DNA from: a bacterium
GTDB taxonomy: Bacteria > Patescibacteriota > Dojkabacteria > JAKAPS01 > JAJZLI01
Direction of reading: 5' to 3'
Length of the DNA: 64,000 bases
NCBI GenBank assembly: GCA_021816845.1
Contig: JAKAWT010000002.1
Location: 33,017 to 97,016 of the forward strand
The notes beneath the pieces were generated by a model. It did no database searches. It saw only the letters and a program-made list of their open reading frames with translations, and had not been told where the DNA came from. The translations under genes and the position numbers were made by a program. Shown piece by piece: positions 8,796 through 18,714 of the stretch; the first letter of the stretch is position 1; each line of letters begins with the position of its first letter.

Positions 8796-10619
8796 TTATA
8801 TCTTTTCACTATTTAAAATATCTAAAAGTTCACTCAAAGATAAATTATTAGAATATTTTAGATCTTCCCTCCAGTTTATTGTGAATGCCCACTCATTAGT
8901 ATTTTTTCTGTTTAAAACTTCTTTCTCACCAATAACAATTTTTGCAGGTATTTTTTCTAAAGATGCAGTTCTTATCTTCTTTCCTATTCCCTCTTCAGTA
9001 ATATCTATATCTACTCTTACCCCCAAATTTCTCATGCTGCTAGCCAATTCTATTACATTATCATTATACTTATCAGATACTGATATTAATCTTATCTGTA
9101 TGGGTGCGAATTTTAATGGAAAATTCCCTCCTGTTTGTTCAATCATAAAAGCAATAAATCTCTCATAAGATCCTAATATAGATCTATGTATTACTATGGG
9201 AGTTTCTTCTTTCCCATACTTATTAATATACTTAAGGCCCATCCTACCTGGTACCAAGATGTCTATTTGTATTGTTGCTATCGAATCTTCTTTACCATAT
9301 ACATTCTTAATCTGTACATCCAATTTTGGTCCATAAAATGCTGCCTCTCCAATTTCTTCTTTAAATTCACTATGAGATTCCTTTAAGGCTTCTCTAATAT
9401 TGGATGATGCAAAATCCCACATATCTTTATCTCCTTCATATTTATCTTTCTTAAAGTCAGGGAGTGATAATCTAAAATAGTAATTTTTAATTCCCAAATC
9501 TGTGTATACAGATTGAAATATAGAAAGAACATCCATAAACTCTTTTTTTAGTTGATCTTTTGATACATAAATATGAGAATCATTTTGTGTAATAGGTCCT
9601 CTGACTCTTATAAGACCTGTTAATGTACCAGACCTTTCATTTCTGTATAATGGACTTTCTTCTGCAAGTTTAAAAGGTAACTGTCTATAACTTTGTACCA
9701 TTTTTTCAAATATCATATGATGATGAGGGCAATTCATTGGTTTTACATAAAAAATATTATTCTCCTTATCTTTTATCTGATACATATCTTCACTATAAAA
9801 TTTCACATGACCAGATCTTTCATATAATTTCTTATTTGTTAATATTGGGGTAGATACATACTTATATTCTAAATTTTCTTCTATTTTTCTCATATATCTT
9901 TCTAGAAGATATTTTAATTGTTCCCCATTTGGTAAGAGTAAAGGTAATCCTTGTCCCACATCCTCTGATATCATGAAAATTTTCAATTTTTCACCTATTA
10001 CCCTGTGATCCCTATTTTTATTCTCTTCCCTCTCTTTCAGATAATTTAAAAGGGTACTTTTATCTTTAAAACATACTGAATATATTCTTGTTAACATAGG
10101 ATTTTTCTCATCTCCTCTAAAATATGCCCCAGCTATAGATGTTAATTTAAAAGGACCTATATCTTTTAATGATTTTACATGTCCACCTTTGCAAAGATTT
10201 ATAAAGTCCCCTGTTTTATAGAATGTTACAGTATCACTCCCACTTTTACTTTTATCTTTAGACATCTCACTTTTATTTGTGCTACCCATACTTTCTATAT
10301 CTTTAAGTAGAGATAAAGAATATGGCTGTTTCGTATCTTCTAGAAATTTTTTAGCTTCATCTATAGTCATTTCTATTTTTACAAATGGATAGTCATTTTT
10401 TTGTATTTCTAGCATCTTTTTCTCTATCTTTAGAAGATCTTCCTCTTGTATTTTTATATCCCCAAAATCAAAATCATAATAAAAACCGTCATCAATGGCT
10501 GGTCCTATTGCTAGTTTTACATTTGGATACAGAGTCTGTACAGCATACGCTAATAAATGAGCTCCGGAGTGCCTCATAGCAGTCTCATTTACTTTAATTT
10601 TATTATTATTTCCTCTCAT
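8796..10619 (-). CDS. thrS: Threonyl-tRNA synthetase (lacks the N-terminal TGS domain)
   Basis: RHSGAHLLAYAV (editing-domain histidines), class II core, and C-terminal HRSILGSYERFIAFMIEQTGGNFP. 607 aa, beginning within the N2 domain. Confidence 0.9.
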   Translation of the reverse strand: MRGNNNKIKVNETAMRHSGAHLLAYAVQTLYPNVKLAIGPAIDDGFYYDFDFGDIKIQEEDLLKIEKKMLEIQKNDYPFVKIEMTIDEAKKFLEDTKQPYSLSLLKDIESMGSTNKSEMSKDKSKSGSDTVTFYKTGDFINLCKGGHVKSLKDIGPFKLTSIAGAYFRGDEKNPMLTRIYSVCFKDKSTLLNYLKEREENKNRDHRVIGEKLKIFMISEDVGQGLPLLLPNGEQLKYLLERYMRKIEENLEYKYVSTPILTNKKLYERSGHVKFYSEDMYQIKDKENNIFYVKPMNCPHHHMIFEKMVQSYRQLPFKLAEESPLYRNERSGTLTGLIRVRGPITQNDSHIYVSKDQLKKEFMDVLSIFQSVYTDLGIKNYYFRLSLPDFKKDKYEGDKDMWDFASSNIREALKESHSEFKEEIGEAAFYGPKLDVQIKNVYGKEDSIATIQIDILVPGRMGLKYINKYGKEETPIVIHRSILGSYERFIAFMIEQTGGNFPLKFAPIQIRLISVSDKYNDNVIELASSMRNLGVRVDIDITEEGIGKKIRTASLEKIPAKIVIGEKEVLNRKNTNEWAFTINWREDLKYSNNLSLSELLDILNSEKI

Positions 10620-10643
10620 TATTATTTTTAGATTTGAGTTCCT

Positions 10644-11249
10644 CTAGATCTCACGAATCTTAATTCTCTTTCTATAAATTATATATATAATGATCACAAC
10701 TACAATAGCTACAGTTATAAATGTTAATGATTGTAGTATTTTCAACAATAAAGGAATATTTTCTCCTAGAGTGTATCCCAATATTCCATATAATGTTGCC
10801 CAAACTATTGCACCAGTTATATTGTATATAAAAAATTGCTTATAATCTAATTTGTGTATACCTGCTGTCACTGGAACAAACATTCTTAATAATGATACAA
10901 ATCTTCCAAAAAATACTGTTTTCATACCATACCTTTTAAAAAATCCTCCTGTATATTCTAAGTAATCTTTCTTTAAGGAAAATGTTTTATGGATATATAT
11001 TGATGCTCTCTTACCATATTTCCTACCTATTAGATATCCAAGATTATCACCTATAGATGCACCTAAGATTGCAAATAATATAACCAATGTAATATGAAAT
11101 CTTGTAGGTGCTAACGCTGCATATACTGCCCCAGCAATAAGTGAAGTTTCTCCTGGAAGAGGAACTCCAAGTGTTTCGATCATTATAAATAAAGCTATTA
11201 TTATATAACCATAATTATTTATAAGATTCATTATTAAATGTAGAAGCAT
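10644..11249 (-). CDS. DedA/TVP38 family membrane protein (paralog 1 of 3)
   Basis: IETLGVPLPGETSLIAGAVYA and FFGRFVSLLRMFVPVTAG. Multi-TM. Confidence 0.8.
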   Translation of the reverse strand: MLLHLIMNLINNYGYIIIALFIMIETLGVPLPGETSLIAGAVYAALAPTRFHITLVILFAILGASIGDNLGYLIGRKYGKRASIYIHKTFSLKKDYLEYTGGFFKRYGMKTVFFGRFVSLLRMFVPVTAGIHKLDYKQFFIYNITGAIVWATLYGILGYTLGENIPLLLKILQSLTFITVAIVVVIIIYIIYRKRIKIREI

Positions 11250-11300
11250 ATTTTCTCCTTTAATACTAGGGTATCTTAGTACTAGTATTTTTACTATCTA

Positions 11301-11377
11301 TGGTGGGTCCGACAGGATTTGAACCTGTGACCTCAACAATGTCGATGTTGCGCTCTAACCAACTGAGCTACGAACCC
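11301..11377 (-). tRNA. tRNA-Val (anticodon GAC), CCA encoded
   Basis: Manual cloverleaf fold: acceptor GGGTTCG/CGGACCC, anticodon stem CAACA/TGTTG, loop TCGACAT. 3' ACCA is encoded. Position 33 reads C, which is unusual. Confidence 0.75.
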
Positions 11378-11383
11378 CTAAGA

Positions 11384-11962
11384 TTATCTTATTATTTTAT
11401 CAATCAACCCATATTCTAAGGCTTCCTTAGGACTCATCCAGAAATCCCTATCGGCATCTTTTTCAATTTTAGATTTTTTAACACCTGTATTTTTTGCTAA
11501 TATAGTATTGATAGTATCCTTTGCAGTCAATATTCTTCTTGCCGAAATCTCAATATCCGAAGCTTGGCCTTCTGCTCCACCTAATGGTTGATGTATTAAT
11601 ATTGAAGAATTTGGTAGAGAGAATCGCTTACCTTTTTTCCCTGATGATAGTAGGAAAGCACCCATGGAAGCTGCTATACCTATAGCTATAGTAGACACAT
11701 CGGGATGTATGTGATTCATCGTATCATATATTGCCATCCCAGCGTCTATTGACCCTCCTGGGGAATTTATATACATTGAAATATCCTTATTTGTATCTTC
11801 TTTTTGCAAAAATAGAAGTTGCGCTATTACTAGGTTAGCAGTCTCATCGTCGATTACACCACCTAAAAAGACTATTCTTTCCTTTAGTAGTCTTGAATAT
11901 ATGTCATAAGCTCTTTCTCCTTGAGAGCTCCTTTCTATTACTGTAGGTATTAAAATACTCAT
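11384..11962 (-). CDS. clpP: ATP-dependent Clp protease proteolytic subunit
   Basis: Catalytic Ser motif GIAASMGA, His in IHQPLGG, and Asp in DADRDFWM. 192 aa. Confidence 0.92.
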   Translation of the reverse strand: MSILIPTVIERSSQGERAYDIYSRLLKERIVFLGGVIDDETANLVIAQLLFLQKEDTNKDISMYINSPGGSIDAGMAIYDTMNHIHPDVSTIAIGIAASMGAFLLSSGKKGKRFSLPNSSILIHQPLGGAEGQASDIEISARRILTAKDTINTILAKNTGVKKSKIEKDADRDFWMSPKEALEYGLIDKIIR

Positions 11963-11964
11963 TA

Positions 11965-13041
11965 TTATTTTCCTTCGTGTCTAGACTTGTTGGGTCTGGA
12001 TCCTTTTACAATATTAACTGAGGCAGTCATCACCTTATTATACAATATTGTGTTAAATATTTCTTCTAATTCAGATCTACTATCTTTTATTTGATTAATT
12101 TGCTCAGAAGTAAGACTAGATAATCTCTCTTCTATATCTTCTTTAGTTACAGTTATAGAGTTAGTTGCAGCAAAATCTTGTATAAATAAATCTAATTTTA
12201 ATTGCCTTATTATATCTTGTTCAAGGCTAGCTACAACTTTCTCATGAGTTGTTCCTATATTTTTGAAATATTCATCCATACTTATTCCCTGACTCTCAAC
12301 AAATTGTCTAGTTCTATCAATTGATGATGTAACATAATTTGTAATGATATATTCTGGAATATCTTCTTTTTTTAGTATTACTGCATCTATTATTGCTTCT
12401 ATTATCATGTTATCTAGAATATTATCTATAGATATATCCTTATTATTTATAAAATTCTCATATGCAGATTTCTCTTCATCTGTCTTAGGATTCTTGTACT
12501 TTTCAGATGTTTTATTATACTCTTCTTCTGCTGTCTCCCTTGGTATATTTATATTATTTAGGTTAACTTTATTAATTTTAGGCTTTATGTAACCTGAAAA
12601 GTTTAATTCTATATCACGATCTTCTCTCATTTCATCTATGAAGTTTTGATTGATGGATATACTCATTAAATCTTTAATTTGACTAACTATAAAATCATTA
12701 ATTATATGATTAATTTCATCATATGCATCTTTAAAAATAACTTCATTGTATTTTTGGAAAACTAATTTTTGTGGGGCATTTCCTTTTCTAAAACCCTTTA
12801 TTTCAGTATTCCTTATATAATTATTAGTTACATCATCTATAGTTTTTTTTATTAGCTCTTTAGGAATTTTTGTAGTGAAAGCAATACTAGATTTCTCACC
12901 TTTATTAATATTTAATATCTCTATATCCTTGAGTCTAGATTCTTTGGATTTAGGTTCTCTGAGCTTAGACTCTTTAATTATAGTTTTTTTTGGTTTTTGT
13001 ATCGTATCTTTTTTATTAGCTTTCATAATATTCTTCATCAT
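11965..13041 (-). CDS. tig: Trigger factor-like chaperone (N- and C-domains present; the PPIase domain appears absent; Lys-rich N-terminal extension)
   Basis: Ribosome-binding signature GFRKGNAP. Position immediately upstream of clpP. 358 aa versus about 430 for canonical TF. Confidence 0.7.
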   Translation of the reverse strand: MMKNIMKANKKDTIQKPKKTIIKESKLREPKSKESRLKDIEILNINKGEKSSIAFTTKIPKELIKKTIDDVTNNYIRNTEIKGFRKGNAPQKLVFQKYNEVIFKDAYDEINHIINDFIVSQIKDLMSISINQNFIDEMREDRDIELNFSGYIKPKINKVNLNNINIPRETAEEEYNKTSEKYKNPKTDEEKSAYENFINNKDISIDNILDNMIIEAIIDAVILKKEDIPEYIITNYVTSSIDRTRQFVESQGISMDEYFKNIGTTHEKVVASLEQDIIRQLKLDLFIQDFAATNSITVTKEDIEERLSSLTSEQINQIKDSRSELEEIFNTILYNKVMTASVNIVKGSRPNKSRHEGK

Positions 13042-13486
13042 CTAACTTAGAAGTTATGTTGGATATATATTCATCTTCTTCCTCAAAGAAATCATTATCA
13101 TGTAAAGTATCTCTTTCTGTATCTAATAGATCGGTATTTCTCTTAACTTTTGGCTTCTTTTTTAAAGGTTTACCACATATTGGGCAAAAATCAGCCTCTA
13201 GAACGTCTTCCTTACAATTAACGCACTTAACAACTTTAATATCTGATGCTATATTAGGTATATCCTCTGTGACTATAGGGATTTCAGGTATATCAATTAA
13301 TTCTTCATCGGTATTCTCATCTATTGCAACTTCAGGTATTGTATCTACTAGAATATCTTCATCTAAGAATATATTGTCAATTTCTTCCTCCCTATCATCA
13401 CTTATTATTGGTTCTTCATCTTGTATACCGATCAATTCAGATTTCGATTCATTCTTTTTATTTGTATTTTTTTTAATTTTTGACAT
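13016..13486 (-). CDS. Hypothetical highly acidic protein with an internal zinc ribbon (CVNCKEDVLEADFCPICGKPL)
   Basis: 156 aa, D/E-rich, C-x2-C-x9-CPxCG. First gene of the minus-strand operon. Overlaps the tig start by 26 nt. Confidence 0.55.
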   Translation of the reverse strand: MSKIKKNTNKKNESKSELIGIQDEEPIISDDREEEIDNIFLDEDILVDTIPEVAIDENTDEELIDIPEIPIVTEDIPNIASDIKVVKCVNCKEDVLEADFCPICGKPLKKKPKVKRNTDLLDTERDTLHDNDFFEEEDEYISNITSKLDDEEYYES

Positions 13487-13601
13487 ACCTTGGACGTATA
13501 ATATATTTAAGTTAATATAACATTAATCTGTTTATAGATTCGCATTATATCAAAATTTTGTATCATATTGTATACTTCTTTATATATTATATATACCCAA
13601 A

Positions 13602-14219
13602 ATGTCTAGTAGTATTATTATTACAATAAGTAACTTGATTATTCATGTGATAACTAAGTTTTCATATACAGGGATTTTTCTATTTATGACCATGGAGAGT
13701 TTAAATATTCCTATTCCATCTGAAGTTGTAATGACATTCTCTGGTTTTTTAGTGGCTTTCGGTAAATTAAATTTTTATTTAGTTGTTATAGCTGGTACAT
13801 TAGGGAATCTTTTTGGATCAGTATTGTCATACTATATTGGAACTCTTGGTGAAGATTTTCTAGAAAAATATGGGAAATATTTGTTTATTAGTAAATCTGA
13901 CCTTGATACTGCTCACATATGGTTTTTAAAGTATGGAGATGTAACCATATTAGTCTCTAGATTTCTACCTATTTTTAGGACATTTATATCTTTTCCAGCA
14001 GGGATAGCTAGAATGGATTTTAGAAAATTTATTTTATATACATTTATAGGTTCACTAATTTGGGCTATAGTACTTACTTATATAGGATTTTTATTTGGAT
14101 ATCAGTGGCAATATTTTGCAAAAATAATAGAATCTCTGTCAAACTATATTCTTATTGTAATTATTATCGGATTAATTTTTATCATAATAAGACATATAAG
14201 GAATGTTAGGAGAGAATGA
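13602..14219 (+). CDS. DedA/TVP38 family membrane protein (paralog 2 of 3)
   Basis: FLFMTMESLNIPIPSEVV and LVSRFLPIFRTFISFPAG. TATATA hexamer 6 nt upstream of the ATG. Confidence 0.8.
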   Translation: MSSSIIITISNLIIHVITKFSYTGIFLFMTMESLNIPIPSEVVMTFSGFLVAFGKLNFYLVVIAGTLGNLFGSVLSYYIGTLGEDFLEKYGKYLFISKSDLDTAHIWFLKYGDVTILVSRFLPIFRTFISFPAGIARMDFRKFILYTFIGSLIWAIVLTYIGFLFGYQWQYFAKIIESLSNYILIVIIIGLIFIIIRHIRNVRRE

Positions 14220-15270
14220 TGGTTTTGTGCATTAATTTTGTTATCTCTTTTGATGTCTTCTCCCATGTATATTTTTTAACTTCAATAAGTCCTAGTTTTA
14301 TTAATTCATCACTATTTTCATAGGCAGTAATGATACCATTTGCAATATCAAAAAAGTTATCAGGATCAACTAAGACTGATGCAGATTCTCCAATTTCTTT
14401 GGTTGCAGATACATTAGATGTTACTACTGGAGTACCTGAAGAATATGCCTCTAGTATAGGTATTCCGAAACCTTCCTCTTTTGAAGCATATACAAATACA
14501 TCGCTTTTGTGAAAATAATTTACCAATTCAGTATTTGATACGTATCCTGTTATGATTACGTTGTCTTCTACCTTTAAATCCTTAATTATCTTCTGTAGAT
14601 TGATATAATCATCCCCATATTTACCTATAATTGTTAATTTTACAGTATCAAATTTATCCTTTAATATTGGTATAGTTTTAACTATATGAGTAAAATTCTT
14701 TCTCTTATTAATGGTGCCCACACAAAGGACTTGTAACTTCCCTGTTTTCTTTCTTTTTTTCTCAAATTTATATAAATTTCTATCACATGATTCATATATA
14801 ATTTTGATCTTATTTTCCTTAATTTTAAAATTATCTAATATTTGATCTTTCGTAAATTTTGATACAGCTATAATCTTAGTTGCTGTATTTAGTGAATGTT
14901 TAATAAAGAATATAGTTGTTTTTACTTTCTTTGGGTTCATATATTTGAATGATAGATCATGTACTACAACTATGGATTTAATTCTGGTAAATAGTGGAAT
15001 AGAAGGTACAGGTGAAAAAATTAAGCCTGGCTTATCTTTCCTAAGTTGTAGAGGAAGAAATAAATGCATCCAAAGAGGTTTATCCTTTATATATTTAAAT
15101 TGTATATTTTTATATTCATGATTTTCATATTTATGGTTTATATATACAGTAAATCTGAAATCATTGTATTTATCAAATTCTTTTAGAATATTAATAGTAT
15201 AATTTTCAATACCAGTTTCTTCTCTATTTAGTATATTTTTAGCTATTATCGCTATATTGTGTTTATTCAT
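14206..15270 (-). CDS. Glycosyltransferase family 1 (GT4-like)
   Basis: C-terminal EGFGIPILEAYSSGTPVVTSNVSATKEI, typical of the GT1 EX7E region. Confidence 0.75.
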   Translation of the reverse strand: MNKHNIAIIAKNILNREETGIENYTINILKEFDKYNDFRFTVYINHKYENHEYKNIQFKYIKDKPLWMHLFLPLQLRKDKPGLIFSPVPSIPLFTRIKSIVVVHDLSFKYMNPKKVKTTIFFIKHSLNTATKIIAVSKFTKDQILDNFKIKENKIKIIYESCDRNLYKFEKKRKKTGKLQVLCVGTINKRKNFTHIVKTIPILKDKFDTVKLTIIGKYGDDYINLQKIIKDLKVEDNVIITGYVSNTELVNYFHKSDVFVYASKEEGFGIPILEAYSSGTPVVTSNVSATKEIGESASVLVDPDNFFDIANGIITAYENSDELIKLGLIEVKKYTWEKTSKEITKLMHKTIILS

Positions 15271-15370
15271 TTAATCTTAGAAGATATAAATCAGATGCTC
15301 TATGAGATGTTAGTCCTTTGTCTATCACTTGTAAATAAAGCCTACTATATGAGACAATTATAGATCATGT

Positions 15371-15442
15371 GAGGGTATAGCTCAACGGTAGAGCATCAGC
15401 CTCTTAAGCTGTTGGTTCTGGGTTCGAATCCCAGTGCCCTCA
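15371..15442 (+). tRNA. tRNA-Lys (anticodon CTT)
   Basis: Manual fold: acceptor GAGGGTA/TGCCCTC, anticodon loop CTCTTAA, T-arm CTGGGTTCGAATCCCAG. No encoded CCA. Confidence 0.7.
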
Positions 15443-15558
15443 AGTAAGCGCTGTCAATAATATCTAAAGTATAGCAATTTATTGATTGAGTTAACATTTC
15501 CAAGGTATCTATATCAGAAGATTAGAATAAAATTTTAATTATTATTGTTTCTCCATAA

Positions 15559-15633
15559 AGCACCTAGAGAGATTTGAACTCCCGACATTCTCGTCCGAAG
15601 CGAGATGCTCTATCCAGACTGAGCTATAGGTGC
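15559..15633 (-). tRNA. tRNA-Arg (anticodon TCG)
   Basis: Manual fold: acceptor GCACCTA/TAGGTGC, anticodon stem TCTCG/CGAGA, loop CTTCGGA. No CCA. Confidence 0.7.
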
Positions 15634-15638
15634 AAAAT

Positions 15639-15711
15639 CGCTCTCGGCAGGACTCGAACCTGCACTCTTCTCCTTAGAAGGGAGTTGCTTTATCCATTAA
15701 GCTACGAAAGC
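15639..15711 (-). tRNA. tRNA-Arg (anticodon TCT)
   Basis: Manual fold: acceptor GCTTTCG/CGAGAGC, loop CTTCTAA, T-arm GCAGGTTCGAGTCCTGC. No CCA. Confidence 0.7.
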
Positions 15712-15721
15712 ATAATATTTA

Positions 15722-15798
15722 TGGGGTAAATGGTGGGGTTTGAACCCACGACCTACCGCTCCACAGGCGGTCGCTCTACCAACTGAGCTACATTCACC
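15722..15798 (-). tRNA. tRNA-His (anticodon GTG) with genomically encoded G-1 and CCA
   Basis: Manual fold: an extra 5' G pairs with C73; anticodon stem ACCGC/GCGGT, loop CTGTGGA; 3' CCCA is encoded. Confidence 0.8.
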
Positions 15799-15872
15799 AT
15801 CAACTCAAAGATCTTTACCTAAGTTAACTCTTAGATCCACTAATTCTAACATAAAGTATCTTAAAAATTAAA

Positions 15873-16478
15873 TTATAATGATATATTCTGCCCTATTTTT
15901 ATGTTGTATGTATTTACAAATTGAGGTGTAATCTCTATAACATATTTAGAATTATAATATGGAAAAAGAATTTTACAATAATTTCCTGTACAAGGTTGTG
16001 CCTGTATTATTTGGTTAATAGTTAAATTATTTGATATAAATAGCATATCTAAAGGAATTAGAGTATTTGCCATCCAGAATGGGTGAATTTTATAGTTTTT
16101 AAAATAGAAAATCATACCTTGAAATCCAGAATCTATAGGAATACTTTTTAGATACATTAAACCAGCATTTTGCTGTTTGGTTGTTAATGCCTCCTTTATA
16201 GATATACTTATTCCATTAATTTGTATTGTTTTTACTGGTTCCTCTGATCTTAACAAAAATGCTTCAGCTTTAGTTATAACATCACCATCAGTATTTTTAT
16301 TTACATATAGATTCCCATTTTTATATATTGATGTATTATTGATAGTTTTATTAATTTTATGATTCTGGTTTGTATAGACAATGAATAATACTATTACTAT
16401 AAAAATAAAAGGTATAGATATATATCTCGTGAATAGGTAGAAAAATTGATTATCTTTCATATATACATAGTCTATCAT
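15873..16478 (-). CDS. DUF192 (COG1430)-like domain protein with N-terminal membrane anchor
   Basis: C-terminal GMIFYFKNYKIHPFWMANTLIPLDMLFI resembles the DUF192 core. N-terminal TM helix. Confidence 0.5.
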   Translation of the reverse strand: MIDYVYMKDNQFFYLFTRYISIPFIFIVIVLFIVYTNQNHKINKTINNTSIYKNGNLYVNKNTDGDVITKAEAFLLRSEEPVKTIQINGISISIKEALTTKQQNAGLMYLKSIPIDSGFQGMIFYFKNYKIHPFWMANTLIPLDMLFISNNLTINQIIQAQPCTGNYCKILFPYYNSKYVIEITPQFVNTYNIKIGQNISL

Positions 16479-16493
16479 ATATTTTATCTAAAT

Positions 16494-16522
16494 TTGACAA
16501 AAAGTATTTTTTACATTATTCT
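16494..16522 (+). promoter_or_regulatory. Candidate sigma70-like promoter for the pyrG operon (TTGACA-17-TATTCT)
   Basis: TTGACA at 16494-16499, a 17-nt spacer, then TATTCT at 16517-16522. ATG at 16534. Confidence 0.3.
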
Positions 16523-16533
16523 CTCATCATTGT

Positions 16534-18147
16534 ATGAAGCTAATATTTATCTCTGGAGGTGTAATCTCTGGAATTGGAAAAGGAATAACTGCCGCATCTT
16601 TGGGATTGCTTCTTGAAAAGCAAGGATATAAGGTCTCCTTTTTAAAGTGTGATCCGTATATAAACATCGATGCTGGTACCATGAACCCAATTGAACATGG
16701 GGAGGTTTTTGTAACAGATGATGGGTATGAAATGGATATGGACGGTGGTCACTATGAAAGATTTATGGGAATAAATGTTTCAAGGACTAATGCTATTACT
16801 ACTGGTCAGATATATTCTAGAGTTATTCAGAATGAACGCAATTTAAAATATGATGGTGCTTGTGTAGAAGTAATTCCCCATATAAGGGATGAAATTGTCT
16901 CTAGAATAGAAGAAGCATATAACCATGATGAAATTCTAATAATAGAAATAGGTGGAACTATTGGTGAATACCAAAACGATATATATTATGAGGCTGAGAG
17001 ATATCTAAAAAGAAAATTAAAAGAGGATCTTCTCCATATACATATATCCTATCTTCCTGTGCCAAAAAGTATAGGAGAAATGAAAACTAAACCTACACAG
17101 CAATCTGTTATGCATCTTAATCAGAGAGGAATATTTCCAGATATAATAGTTGGAAGATCAGATTCTCCTATTGATAAACTCAGAAGGAAAAAAATTGCAA
17201 TTGCAACTAATGTAGAAGAAGATTGCGTATTTTCAAACACAGATGTATCAAGTATTTATAAAGTTCCCTATAATTTTTACTTACAGAAATTAGATATCAA
17301 AGTACTTGATTTTCTTAATCTTGAATCTAAAAATATTGATATGGAGGATTGGAAAGCACTTATATCTTCTATAGATACAAACTATAAAAAAACTATAACT
17401 ATAGGAATGGTAGGAAAATATCATACAAGTGGTTCATTTTCATTAGAGGATGCTTATGTATCAGTCGTAGAATCAATTAAAATTGCATGCTGGAGTGAAA
17501 AAATTAATTTTAAAATAAAATGGCTGGATTCTGAAAATATAAATATGAACGTACTTAAAACTTGTAACGGGATTATTGTCCCAGGGGGTTTTGGTGAGAG
17601 AGGTATAGAAGGAAAGATTAAAGCTATTAAGTATGCTAGGGAAAATAATATCCCATATTTCGGTCTTTGTTATGGTATGCAACTTGCGGCAGTAGAATTT
17701 GCAAGAAATGTTATTGGTCTTAAAAAAGCGAATTCAGAGGAAGTGAATCCCAAAGTTCCAGATCTCATTATACATATTATGCCTGATCAGGAAAAAAAAT
17801 TACTAGCTAAAGATTATGGAGGGAGTATGAGGTTAGGTGCTTGGGAATGTGTGCTTTTAAAAGATAGTATAGCGTATGAAGCCTATAGGAAAGACAAGAT
17901 ATCAGAACGTCATAGGCATAGATATGAGTTTAATAATAGATATAGAAAAGTGTTTGAAAATAAAGGTATGATATTCAGTGGTCTTTCCCCAGATTCTAAA
18001 CTTGTTGAGATAATGGAACTTAAAAATCATCCATTTTTTGTAGGTGTACAATTTCATCCTGAATTTAAATCAAAACCACTCAGTCCACATCCTTTGTTTG
18101 TAAAATTTATTTCAAGTTGTATAAAGAATAAAGGAGGTCAAGTTTGA
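16534..18147 (+). CDS. pyrG: CTP synthase
   Basis: N-terminal ISGGVISGIGKGITAAS and glutaminase motif GLCYGMQLA. 537 aa. Confidence 0.93.
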   Translation: MKLIFISGGVISGIGKGITAASLGLLLEKQGYKVSFLKCDPYINIDAGTMNPIEHGEVFVTDDGYEMDMDGGHYERFMGINVSRTNAITTGQIYSRVIQNERNLKYDGACVEVIPHIRDEIVSRIEEAYNHDEILIIEIGGTIGEYQNDIYYEAERYLKRKLKEDLLHIHISYLPVPKSIGEMKTKPTQQSVMHLNQRGIFPDIIVGRSDSPIDKLRRKKIAIATNVEEDCVFSNTDVSSIYKVPYNFYLQKLDIKVLDFLNLESKNIDMEDWKALISSIDTNYKKTITIGMVGKYHTSGSFSLEDAYVSVVESIKIACWSEKINFKIKWLDSENINMNVLKTCNGIIVPGGFGERGIEGKIKAIKYARENNIPYFGLCYGMQLAAVEFARNVIGLKKANSEEVNPKVPDLIIHIMPDQEKKLLAKDYGGSMRLGAWECVLLKDSIAYEAYRKDKISERHRHRYEFNNRYRKVFENKGMIFSGLSPDSKLVEIMELKNHPFFVGVQFHPEFKSKPLSPHPLFVKFISSCIKNKGGQV

Positions 18148-18148
18148 A

Positions 18149-18706
18149 ATGGTACTATCTGATGGAGATATATTGAAAGAAATAAAAAAAGGAGAGTTGA
18201 AGATAAAACCATTTAAAAAGGATTCAATACAACCTTCATCTTATGATTTACATATTTCATCTAAATTTTTAATTTTTAAGAACAGTAAAATACCATACAT
18301 TGATGTAAAGGAAGATATGGATAATACTGAACTTGTAGATGTTAAAGGTAAAGGTTTTTTTTTCCTCCATCCTGGTGAATTTGTACTATCTTCTACTTTA
18401 GAGTATATAAGTAATCCAGATTATTTGGTGGCTAGGATTGAGGGTAAATCATCATTAGGAAGGATTGGACTTATTATACACGCAACAGCAGGATTTGTTG
18501 ATCCAGGATTCAGAGGAACGTTAACTCTAGAAATGACAAATTTAATCAACACACCTATAAAAATATATGTTGGAATGAAAATAGCTCAATTAGCATTTTT
18601 TACTATGACTTCCCCTTCCAAAAAATCCTATGGAGAGTATAATAATAAATATAACAATCAAAAAGATCCAACAAAAAGCCATTATTTTAAAAATTTTAGT
18701 AAATAA
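18149..18706 (+). CDS. dcd: dCTP deaminase
   Basis: SSYDLHI and AGFVDPGFRGTLTLEMTN. 185 aa. Confidence 0.8.
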   Translation: MVLSDGDILKEIKKGELKIKPFKKDSIQPSSYDLHISSKFLIFKNSKIPYIDVKEDMDNTELVDVKGKGFFFLHPGEFVLSSTLEYISNPDYLVARIEGKSSLGRIGLIIHATAGFVDPGFRGTLTLEMTNLINTPIKIYVGMKIAQLAFFTMTSPSKKSYGEYNNKYNNQKDPTKSHYFKNFSK

Positions 18707-18714
18707 TAAATAAA

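Noticed and set aside
13056-13520. 154-aa plus-strand ORF rich in Ser
   Set aside because: It is antisense to the D/E-rich gene at 13016-13486. GAx/GAT repeats read as Ser on the opposite strand, so this is a mirror artefact.
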